Of a stretch of 64,000 nucleotides of DNA, positions 36,755 to 48,600 are shown piece after piece. How positions within the stretch are numbered: the first letter of the stretch is position 1; each line of letters opens with the position of its first letter. The position numbers and the translations under genes were made by a program. This stretch comes from Trichoplax sp. H2 (lineage: Eukaryota): assembly GCA_003344405.1 (NCBI GenBank), contig NOWV01000029.1:496001-560000 (forward strand), read 5' to 3'. The notes beneath the pieces are model-generated. The model made no database searches. It was not told the origin of the DNA and saw only the letters and a program-made list of their open reading frames with translations.

Positions 36755-39440
36755 ATGGCAGACACGCTACTATTAAAGGCTCTACGAGGCAATGCTAGAA
36801 AGGTAAACTTAAATAATAAAGATTTAAAGACTATACCTCGGCTTGTTGGAAAGTTATCAGAATTAGATACCTTGGAAGCTAGAAATAATAAGATAACTTA
36901 TTTACCGACAGAAATGGCATTACTCGCTAAGGTTAGTTATTAAGCTATAACCTAGGTAATTACCTACTAATTATAGATATTTGCGGTTATAAGAACTAAC
37001 TGTACTACCTTATCATGTTGATACTGCGATAATTTAATAAGTAATGTTGTAACACAAAATGATCATCATTAAATGATGAAGAATTCAAATATTGTGAAAC
37101 GGAAATGATCCATTCTCTAAACTTATGAAGATCTTACTTTACAAAATAAATTCAATAGAGTTATCAAGTTTCGGGATTATAGACGGAACTTTTTCATTAA
37201 TAATATCTAGCATGAAGAAAATTTCGACGGAAATTTAAAGCTATTATATATAATTATTTATGTTAATACTAAAGTTCATGCCCTTACCTTTTCAATGCAT
37301 TAAATGGATAGAATAATTAATTAGAAGTTGATTTCACAGTAACAGTAAGTTTTGTATCTTTCAGCTTGCCAACTTCAACTTGGGATTCAATGAATTATGC
37401 GAATTACCAAAGAATTTAATGTACTTATCAAATCTACGAAAACTACATCTTTTTAATAACAATATTACTGAGCTTAGTGGCGAAGTTATTGGTAAATATC
37501 TTTCGCTTTAGCTTTTGAGGTAGAGAGTTTTGTACGCTTTCTGTTAAAATTAATTTCCAGTAACGGTATTTTGAATTTAGGGAATTTGAAGCAGTTAACG
37601 TTATTAAATCTAAACAGAAATAAAATACAACAATTACCAAAAGAAATTGGCAGGTGAGTTAATCCCTATCATAAATTGATGTATAGCTATCGATAATAAT
37701 TTGTCGGGATCATATCTGTAATATTGAAAAATTGCATTACTTATCGTAAATGTAGTGCTGAACAATACTGATAATATTACAATACGAGCTCAGATCATAT
37801 GCAATAGCTTAATCAGCGTCTCTCATTATATAATACACACGATATACTCATTTGCAGTAATTTAAGAACATAGTGTAATTAAAACAAATAAATCCGATCT
37901 CTTTATGCATCTTTTTATTAATTTTAGGCTTGTAAATCTGGAGTTTTTAAGCCTTGACGATAATCAGTTAGTAGAGCTACCTGATGAATTTTGTAAACTA
38001 ACAAATTTAAAGGAGTTAAGCATTTGCAGAAATCAACTAATATAGTAAGGAATATTTACATATAGGTGAAACTTCTTAAATGGCAATGTTGCATGGATCA
38101 TAGATGAAAAGGCTAATGTATGATTATTTTTCTAATTTATTTAGTCTACCAGACCAACTTGGTAGAATAAGAAAAATGAAAAAATTATTCTTGATTCGAA
38201 ATCAGTTAGATGTAATACCTGACGTATGTAAAAGCAATATTTTTCCTTTTTGTTGAATCGATGTTGTAGCTATTAAACAAAAGTTAATTATATGATTGAT
38301 TTATGCTGTATACTACATCTTTATAAACTCTTTATTGCTGATGTTATTACAATAATTTCTATTAATAATAATAAATCTTCTGTGGGATTATTGATATCTC
38401 ATATAGTCTTTAGGTAAGATGTATCAGCTCTCTATTTTGGATGTATCTATTAACAATATTAGGTTATTACCTAGCGAGGTAAGTCTTATTTTCTGGCTGC
38501 TGTCTTGCAAATATAGTTATCAGTGACATTTTTAACATCGTTGTGTAATTATAGCTACTTTTTGTTTGCAGCTGCTAAATTTACCATTAACTGAGCTCCA
38601 CATTGAAGGAAATTCTCTAATTGACAAAGTTCCAGTTCATTGTGACTATGCTGATGAAGTGTTATCACTAAAGGTAAAGCTGGCTATATAATTTAAATTA
38701 CAAAATGACATATACTTAATTCAGTAACATACTTTTCAAGGCTAAAATATGACTCATAAAATAATGATAATTAATCAGTGTATATGGTCGATGTAATGAC
38801 TATAAATGAGAATATTCAAAATTTAATTCAAATGCTAGCTAATATTAGTTGCCTTCGTCACTAGTGTATATATATAACGCTTTCATATATATTCCTTTTT
38901 CCTACCCAAAATGATATTGAATAGATTGTTAGAGTTTTAAATTTTATATCATATGAAAATTCTTCTAATTGATCTCTCGAATAGGAGATTGCTGCTCGAT
39001 ATATACTTAAAGATCTAAAAAAAAGGTAGATAAGCTGTATAAAAATTCATCTCTCTGTTACTATGATAGATGTAGTACGGTAATAAGATTTATGATATAA
39101 GTTTATCCATTTCTTAGGGACTCTATAATGCGATTTGAATTACGTTACAATGATGAAGCTCGAGAAATGCTTCTGGAGGCCAAAGAATGTCCAATCTGTA
39201 CTAATTGTTTTCTAAATTCATGGTTAGAGTGTGCAGAATTTGTCGACGCGAAAAAGGTATAAGCTCTTGTTGGAAAATTTTAATCTTGATTATTTATATT
39301 TTGGTAAAGTTTTCGCACTATTCATGCAGATTTTAGGGATTAAAAATCGTACAGGAGTTATCCCGGTGCGTGTGCAGCTTTGTTCATATAAGTGCTTCAA
39401 AAGTGACGGTCATGGTTATTTAGGAGTTGCTACTCCATAG
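36755..39440 (+). CDS. LRRC69: Leucine-rich repeat-containing protein 69; 10 exons
   Basis: N-terminus MADTLLLKALRG, about 8 LxxLxLxxNxL repeats across exons, then EGN.L...VLSLKEIAAR and a Cys-containing C-terminus (CPIC..CFLNSWLECAEFV...IPVRVQLCSYKCF) as recalled for LRRC69. All junctions are in phase. Confidence 0.88.
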
Positions 39441-40210
39441 GATCGATTACCTTTCCTTTTATTGCACCATGAGTAGTTACTGCTGTATAGTTGAGGAATG
39501 GCGAATGCTGGATTCAATTATTTGAATATAGGAATCATACTGTATTTGAGTAATGTTTAAGCGCTATATTCATCAGTGCTAACCGTATTTAAAGTACAGT
39601 ATATGGGTCGTATTTCTAGGTTATATCGCATTTGATTAATAATTTTGGACGACGATAAAAGTGGGCGTATATACTTGTAGATATGCCATTTAATAATAAA
39701 TTAATAATTCACTCTTTCTCATATCATAAAGTAAAATTATTGTAAAAATAACACCTGTAAAGGTATTTGTTTGGTATGAATATGTCACTTAATCTTCTCA
39801 TGCAAGAAATGATATACTGTGCGTATGTGTGATAATTGGGCTAACTTGATAGCTCACTAATAGAGGTCGTGTAATATCAGGGATAATTAAAAAAAGGAGT
39901 AGTGGAAATACAATATTTTGTATATACTGTTCACATCGGTAAAACAATAATCTGGCGCAAAAGGGAAGAATGTTCATTTATTTTAAAACGTATGCAGGAG
40001 ATGAAATATTTGAGGATAAAAGAAGTTTCAAATGGAAGATACATGCGAGGCTGTTTTTGTGTCATTTGATTAATTTCACTAGTAATTATGGAGAAATTCA
40101 TTTTTATTATGTTTTAATAATTTTTATAAACAGTAAGAATCGATGAATGTATAATACACAATGTGTAATTGAATAAAAAAACGAATCTTCCAAAGTATTT
40201 AAGTTAATAT

Positions 40211-41654
40211 TTAATGGAAATGGACGCCAGAATATGTCATAATCCAAGCGACCTAATTTTGGTAGAACAAGATAGATAGGTTTAACTTTAATTTTTGAAC
40301 TATGATGATGAATATCCTAGAGATTGCTGTTTATTTTACTTATCGATTTTGGTATGATATCATTTTCATCCACTTACAAGAAAAATTGAGAATGATGACA
40401 TAAAGCCTTAGTTAATTCCCATGTGTCACCAACTTCTTCTTCATCAGCAGGTTGATAATAGGTGAAATAGAGATATAGTAAACCAGCATTGGCTATGCCA
40501 AATCTAGAAGGCAAGATGAGAATTAGTCTAATTCGTAGTTGATAACATGACGTACTATCGTTGAAGATGGTATGCACGACGTTTCTAAGAACAGCAAGTA
40601 CTTTCAGGAGATTTTTATTGATTTACTGGACTCAAAATACAATCGATACCTACATATATATATTACACGTAAGCTACTTTAGGCTATGGGTATGTGTTGT
40701 TTTATGTGTTTTAATGCAGAGGTGCAAAAGATCACTCTTGTTATCCTGTATGACAACTCTATGTCCATTTATCATTATTGTTAAGATGACAATACTGCCA
40801 GATGGAATGGTATACTGTATTGTACTTACATTCCTATGCCTAGTATCCCATAAAGTGGAATGATTCCCCAAACGACACCAAACACTAAACCAACAATTTG
40901 CCTTAACCAGTAGATAATATCCAGGTATTCATCCTATTATATTGAGAGCAAGATCAATAAATGAGAAACAGAAGACATTCACATGTAGTCCACATTTCTT
41001 GTGGCCTTTATCATTGGTTGCACAGGATTTTGGTGATTATTTTAGATATTCATAAAGATATTGAGATAGGAGTGTACGGCATGGTTTCATTCTTCCATTT
41101 TAATTACAGTCATTACCTAATAGTAGTTATTTATTTTATTATATATATATATATATACAGTATGGGTACTGTAAAGTATACAACAACATGTCTTAGTATC
41201 ATCTTTATCTAGAGTAACAAGTTGTCCAAGATTGAATGTAAATGATTGGAAAGTGTTTGGAATATGATTACTCACTGAATAAATCGAATAGAGTCGAGTA
41301 TATCAAGAATGTCTCCTCTACTCGCTATCATCATGCGTTACTGTATAACAAATCGAATGGGACAAAATCAATCGCAACAGCAGTACAATCGACTAAAGAA
41401 GGTAAGGAATAGCCAAGTCCAAAGAGTGCTTATGAACATCACGATACTACTACTACTACTACTCCGCAGCACGTGAGATTGATTCAATCGTTGCAGATGG
41501 ATCGAGTACGCCTGGCTATATTTCAACTACGATAGGCTATTACCTTTTCAAACGTTGATTTAGGTCTTAAAGCTCTATGGAAGACGGAAGCCGAGGTATC
41601 GGATTGATTATTTTCTCCTTTATTCTTTTGCCTTTTACTAGGAGTAGTCGACAT
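40211..41654 (-). CDS. RAB5IF: RAB5-interacting factor / OPTI (C20orf24) homolog; 4 exons (41654-41544, 40933-40830, 40503-40378, 40252-40211) with an apparent frameshift at ~40406
   Basis: ...SVFHRALR..K|DEYLDIIYWLRQIVGLVFGVVWGIIPLYG.LG..|FGIANAGLLYLYF..Y...DEEE.G.TWELTK; the conserved GFMSSFSIFL follows in a different frame, then |VAWIMTYSGVHFH*. Confidence 0.92.
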
Positions 41655-42511
41655 GACGAAGCTCGTAGAAGTGAAAGAAGGCCAACTGCAATTAGCCAGC
41701 GGATACAGTCGCCTAGTAACTCACTCTCGAAGTACCGCTACCAATACACTACCGTATACTTTATACTGTACACTATTAAATTCTGTGAAACTGTCAGTTG
41801 CATGGGTCCTTTCGCTGGTACTAGAGGTACAGTACAAGAGTATGGTCGTCATGGTTGTGGACGGACAGCAATTGTACTATCGTAAACGTAAAAGGTAGTC
41901 GCTGTATTATAGTAATCGCTGTTACAGAGATTTGCCTCCTTTGTCAGATAGGATATCACGGGGACAGACATACTATAGTAAAGTAACAACAAGCACACGG
42001 TCCCATAGTGGACCTCGGCGATCTGGGACGTTACGATACGGAACGTATCAACTTTAAGACTGACTTGGGAGCCAACCCTTACCCATGGATTCTGTTCTGC
42101 TAGCAAACATACAGCAATCCAGATTTAGCTCAGGCAGAGACCAAGTTGTGGAAAGATTGGTGATCAAATTGTAATCATTTGAGCTTGATGATATTACTTA
42201 TCAGATCGTAGAGATATCACTTTCAGCTCAATCTGCATTAATTAGTGAAGAACCATTTCTAGTAACTGTATCTACCGTATGAAAAGTTGGGCTAGTATAA
42301 TTTGGCAATTGTGTAGAGAGGGATAGGCATTGTTTCCTTGTAAAACGCGCTGGACTCAATCAAGTCGACTATCGGTGAGCAGTGGCTAATAGCAGCAAAC
42401 AACTACTTATTTTCTGAATCGATTCAAGTAGCTACATGTATATTTGCATCCATCTGCTTATACCTGTGTTAATAACTTGTTCTATTCATATGAGACAGGG
42501 ATCATTGAGTT
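41655..42511. promoter_or_regulatory. Bidirectional promoter region between RAB5IF and RABIF
   Basis: Head-to-head genes 857 bp apart; locally GC/CpG-richer; TACTGTAC/GTACAGTA motifs at ~41755-41835; X-box-like GTCGCCTAGTAAC at 41708-41720. Confidence 0.6.
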
Positions 42512-43352
42512 ATGGCAACGAATGACAATCAAGAAGTGCAATCGACTTCAGATAGCAATCATCAACTTACTGCAGATGGGAAAAATGCACAAATGATAAT
42601 TTGTCCAAACTGCCGGTGTAAAATTCTATTAAAGAAAACAGCGGAATTAGTCAATACTGATGTACGTATACAGCCATCAATTGATAATATAATAGTATCC
42701 ATCTATTTTCTGTACTATCCAATGTCATACACCATCTAGATGTTAGGAATGATCATTCACTAATGAATTATAATCAATAAACCTGAATCATAATAATGAA
42801 CGTAGTCTGTTTGATGGAGTAAAATTTTTGAAATCATTTAGTAATTCTATCAATCATGTTGTTCGCAATGATCTAACCCTACTTGTCACTAGAATGACCT
42901 CATTCTACTGCAATGATATGCAATTCATTATAATATATAATTTTGGATTCATCGAATAGGAAACCCAATCATCAATGTAATCATGAATATAAACAGTATA
43001 ATTAATTAATTTATACTGTACCATGCAAATACGCAATTACAACAAAAATTTCAATCTAAAACTACTTTTGCGCTATTCTTCTTCTTTTATATAGATTTTT
43101 TTACCGTACATGAGGGTAAAGAAAAATACTAGCAACCAAGAATCAGGTCAAGTGGATGGTGAACAGCTCAGTCAATTTTGGAAAGTGGACAATATGTTCA
43201 CTTTTGAAAACGTTGGTTTCACAAAGACAGTCGGGTCTAGCATTAAATATTTGATATGTGCAGATTGCGAGATAGGCCCTATCGGTTGGCACGATATCAA
43301 CGATAAAACAACCTTTTTAATTGCTACACAACGTATTCATTATTCCGACTAA
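42512..43352 (+). CDS. RABIF: Guanine nucleotide exchange factor / Rab chaperone MSS4; 2 exons (42512-42661, 43095-43352), 135 aa
   Basis: DGKN...I.CPNCRCKIL ... FLPYM ... FWKVDNMFTFENVGFTKTVG..IKYLICADCEIGPIGWH: two Zn-binding CxxC pairs and the Mss4 signature. Confidence 0.96.
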
Positions 43353-45651
43353 ATAGAACAGAGTTCTTATAGATTTTAAACTAATCATGTCGATCAATAT
43401 GATACCATAAATTTCTTACTACTCCAAATAAGTGCAGTATTTGCTGTTATCTAACGCATCTTTTGTTCATTCACAGGCTGATATGTATACCTTAAAAATG
43501 TTCTAAATAGAACCTATAAATGCAATAATCAATAGATGATTAACTGCTTCGAGAAAGTATTTAAATTGCAAGTCTAGCTATCAAAGAGTATTGTAAAAAA
43601 CAAAAACCTTTTTAATTTATATACAAAGTATGTACGTGCAGTGTACAGGATATTCGGTATGCACATTTACAGACGGTATATATATATTTATATGCTACTG
43701 CGTCGGTTATGTAGTACTTACTATGGACTTAAATAATACATACACGAGAATATTTCAAGTTAGCTTTACTGGATATTGCAGAAATACTACATCTTTCATC
43801 AAAATTTGTTCCTTTTTCAATATCTTATGTTGCCGTAAGTGAATAGGAGAAATATATTTTTTATGAATGAAAATATAATAAAATGCATGCACAACTTAAT
43901 TTCAATTCGTGATTATATACTCGTATTTGCGATAAATAAATAGGAATGGTTATTACGACCATACATGGCAAGTAAGATTTAATATAATAGATATTCTAAG
44001 CGGTTCATACAATACCGTAACTCACCAGCAACCCCGCTTTTTCAATATATTGAGATAATTATACTACGCTTTTAAGTCGTAAACTTGGTATTTGGGTCTA
44101 ATACTATAATAATCTTGAACAAGTTTCAATCATTGAATTTCAAAAATGCCAATTTGTTGCTTAAAAAATTTTAAAGTTTCTAGTATTGTCTCGATAAAAT
44201 CGAATCTGTTATGCCTGGGGATCGTTTTCTTAAGATAAGCATATTCTAATCATGACAGGATACCTAGTCTTAAAATTGAGTTTTGTAAGTGCTTCTTCCA
44301 GTACAGGTTTTACGATTTATCGATTGTTTTTCGTCAATCCATGCAATAACATTTTTGGAGGTAGTAATGAATTTGTTATAGACCTTGCAATGCTATTGAA
44401 TGGTAACTAGATGATGATAGACTCAAATTTTCATAAACAGAGTCATTTTATTACATTAAGTTATATAAAATGAATAGCTGGTGATCCAATGTAAAAATTA
44501 TTACAACCGAAAACTTATATAGACTGCCAGTCCAACATTTATGTAGAAAATACCGTATATTATTAATATATACTTGCATAAATAAGCAGGCAAAATATTA
44601 GACTATTCTTTTTAAACCAGAATAATTAATCGAATTATTAATTACCTCGAAAATATCATACAAAATCATAACAAGCAACAGAGTCATTTAACATTACTAT
44701 CATAATTGCAATATAAACATTTCCTTCATATTCCTTACAAGATCGAACATATGCAATGTACTAAATAGTTATAGCCGTAAGCTGTAAAATACATATTCAC
44801 TGCCGCACGATAAGCCTCAATTAAGTGTAAAAATATCTTGGTACTTACATAAGATTATGGATATATTATATTGATACCTTCATATCAAGTCACTTTAGTT
44901 ATATCTCTCACTATATTATACCTAAGCAACAAGAATAATTGATAGTACAGTGTGGATATCTGTCATAAGATATAACTTCTGACCTTCTTAGGTTAGCAAC
45001 AAGTCTTGATAAATTTTTTAAAGATAAAACAGTATATTTTGTAAATATTAATAAACCCAAGTACAAAGATCGCTTCGTATAAATATTGACGATAAAATGT
45101 AGTTACAGAAATTAATAATCGCAAGCAACAAAATTTAGCTCTAGTCACCAAGTTGACCTTTCGTATTATTAGCAACACTACCTTACTGTATGATATCCTG
45201 AGGTGAAATGAAATAGTTTTACGAGTATACCATGTCCTCTACGAAAATATATCCACCCGAATTATTCGTGTTTAAATCTACATAACCAATTTTTGAAAAG
45301 TGAGCTCGCTACAGATCAGATATTAATCATTGACGTCTAGTATATTTTGGCTTAAATTGAAAAACTAATCGTTTTTATGCCTCAATGACAAGGCGGATAA
45401 ATATCGATTTAAACGTATGATTCAAGTATCTTAGTTCATGATGGTGATCATAGTACAGTGTTAAGAGTTCATGATGGATTACTTTTTTACTCATTCAACT
45501 GACATAAAATAGACGCAGAATGTTTGCACCTATGTATAGGTACATGCACATATACATCGCTATGCTATACTACTAATACACAGGTATTACCAAGAAGATT
45601 CATTGCATCTAAAGTGGTAGAAATACCCTTTATGCATTAGTATCCGTAGCA

Positions 45652-48600
45652 TTAATTATCATCGTTTGCAGATTCTATCGTGATCATAGGTACAGTACTT
45701 TGATCATTCGTTGCACTATATGAAATTATCGTCTTTGATGTCTCTGTTGAAGTTGATGGCGAAATCGTAGAAATTTCATACCGTGTTAATATGGCGTTAT
45801 CAGTAGTAACAGATGAATTTTCATTTAATTTTTCAGGTGTTGAAAATTCAATGGTAGTAGTTGTCGTCTCAGCTACTGTGGCCGATATATTATTTCTAAC
45901 AACACTGGTAGTCTCTTGGTTAGCAAAAGTTTCCTCGTCCTGAACTATTTTATCATTATTTTCTGGTATTACTTCAGAATCATTATGTAATATGCTCGGG
46001 TTATTGGATACTTCATCATTGGTGACTTTCTCTTTGTTTAGTTGCTCTTGATATTCGTTTTCGCCCTCATTAACGAATAACCAATCATCAATATTGTCTT
46101 CCTCATAGAGGGCATTGTCCCGTATTTCCATTTCATATCGAATATCACTATCTAACCTAGTTCTCCATTTGATATCATTGTGATTTAGATTATCACCATC
46201 CTCTTCAGTCTCATCTTCATTTCTTAAGCCATCATTTTCGTCCATCTCATTGCCGTTGTCGTAGAATTGATGTTCATGGTTATTTTGTTGGTTATCACCA
46301 TCTTCAGTTAAGTCAGCGCTACAATCATTTTTGGCTGCCTGCAGTGTACTTACAATTGTAGTTTCATTATTGATAGGCTCGTCATTGGAGACAGTTGTTT
46401 CTAGATTGCTGCTATTTTCATCGATCATTGCTCGAGGTAAAGATATATGATTGGCAATATCTTCCTTGTCATCATGAAGGTCAATATGGGATGATTCTTT
46501 AATCAGATATGATAATGTTTAATATAAAATTATTATTTTGAAAAATTATATCATCGTCACATATGTCAAGTTTAAAAATATTATTCTAAATAGATTATCT
46601 CACTTTATATCATTATAATTATTACCTTTATCATCATTGACAAGATCAATTTCCACTACGACCTGAGGTTCAGAAATCTGTTGTTCACTATCACGTGGAA
46701 GCGAATGCAATTCTTCACTTTCTCCGCCTTCCATTTCCTCAACTTCATCTTGATCGTACTGTCCAGGTTCCTCAGAGGAGATATGGATCTCAACATTAGC
46801 TGTAACTTCATTTTCCACGTCATTATTTGAGTTGACAACAGCATTGATTTCGTTTTCGACATCTTCATCTTTTGCAACATGCTTAATAACTGCAGGAAGT
46901 TCGACCGTTCTAGCATGCAATATCCGCTCTTCTTCGCCTTCCATTGATATTGTAACATGCACTGGATTTCCAACTTTCCGTTTTGGCTGTGGTAGGGGAG
47001 AATCAAATTCGGATGGATTTAAAACTATTCTTGCCACGCATAGAACACACTCTTCGTCGCATTGTTCTATAGCTTGCATTAACTCTGGTCCTTTAAGATT
47101 TCGTACATTTCGTTCATTTAAACTGATGATGTAGTCATCGACATTTAAAGTGTCAACCTTTTTAATATTAGATAAGATGAAATGAATTTTTAATTTAGGA
47201 CACATTAATTATTAAATGAGATTATAATGTTAGATGCTAATCTAATCTATTTTCATCGACTAGTAATTACGACGATGTTAAACATGCTTAATAGAGCGTA
47301 GAAATGCATATACACCAATAATTAGTATCAGATACTGGGAGTAATTATTTGTTGACATTGTAGAAAATTCCTTTGATTATTTAGCGCATTACTACGTCGA
47401 TATATATTATATTTACCAAAAATTTGCTTTCATCCACACGAACGATTCTGGGTGGTGCACTGTTTGACAATTCAAACCCAATAGTTTTATTTGTTAGGGG
47501 AATTTCAACGGTTTTAAGGTTTGAAAGTATTGCAGAGGCACAAAATACGCTTAAAGGGCCCTAAAGATATGTGGATGTTAGATGATTAGTTATGTTACAG
47601 TTAAAATAATATCTTAGCTTTAAATCGTTATGGTTTATTGCACTAGTATAAGATTTAACAAAGTTTACCAAGGCAGCGAAGAGATCTGCACTACGATCGC
47701 TTGACTTGCCAAAGACAGGATGAACACATTGAAATTGATTTTGTGAGGCACCTAATAACATTATAAGATGGCTGAATTACTGTACTATCTCTATTTTATA
47801 GTGAGGATTAACTAGAAATTCATAACCTTAGAAATTTAGCAATGTAATAAAAATATTTGTATTTTATTTATCTTAATCTTTAAGAAATTAGATTTGTGCA
47901 AGACAATAATTTTAATTTAATTTAATATCTCATAAAAAAATGGAACAGAAAAGACTATATTAGCATAAATAGAACATTACCATTAATTTGTGGTGGTATT
48001 ACAGATGCCAATGATCCATTATTTCGATTCCAGATGGACGATATCATATTGACAGATATCTTATGTGATCTTATCAAGATCTATAGATATTCATAGTAAT
48101 AAAAATCTTTCATCAACTCTTGGCAAGTTATAATTGATTTCAGTAATCATTATTTCAGGTGAGATTGTTAGGTTGCAGTACTAGGAAGAATATATGCTGT
48201 GCTATACTAGTATCAAAATGGTCTTGGTAATACAAAAAGTAAAAAATTAAGAGTTTCATGATTTACAGTTAGTGATGGTTGGTTAGCTGATTTTAAAAGT
48301 AAAGTAGTTTATATACCTTTTGTAAAGCTTTCATTTGCTGAAGAAAAATACATCGATCCCGAATTTTCATTGCCATTTTATCTTTATTAATGGCTTCAGT
48401 CAAATGAAATTTCGCTAATAGTAATAGGATTAAGAGAGAAGGTAAGTATATTATACGGAAGAAAGAAAGTGATCTTCTTTACCATTAAACTACCTAAAGC
48501 ACTTCGCAATAAATGATTTTTTTTCCATAACTCGGGTGGGCACTTCTCTCCATACATAGATTCTACCACTGCTAAAAACGTTTGAGTGCTCTCCACTTTG

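Noticed and set aside
40374..41334. Initial idea of a TMEM17/216-like ciliary membrane gene starting at ATG 41334
   Set aside because: Spliced translation clearly matches RAB5IF/OPTI starting at 41654; the 41334 ATG is out of frame with exon 2.
41447..41463. (CTA)n and (TA)n microsatellites (also ~4529 and ~41140) and the 10-bp palindrome CCCGTACGGG at 53801
   Set aside because: Short and expected by chance or slippage in AT-rich DNA.
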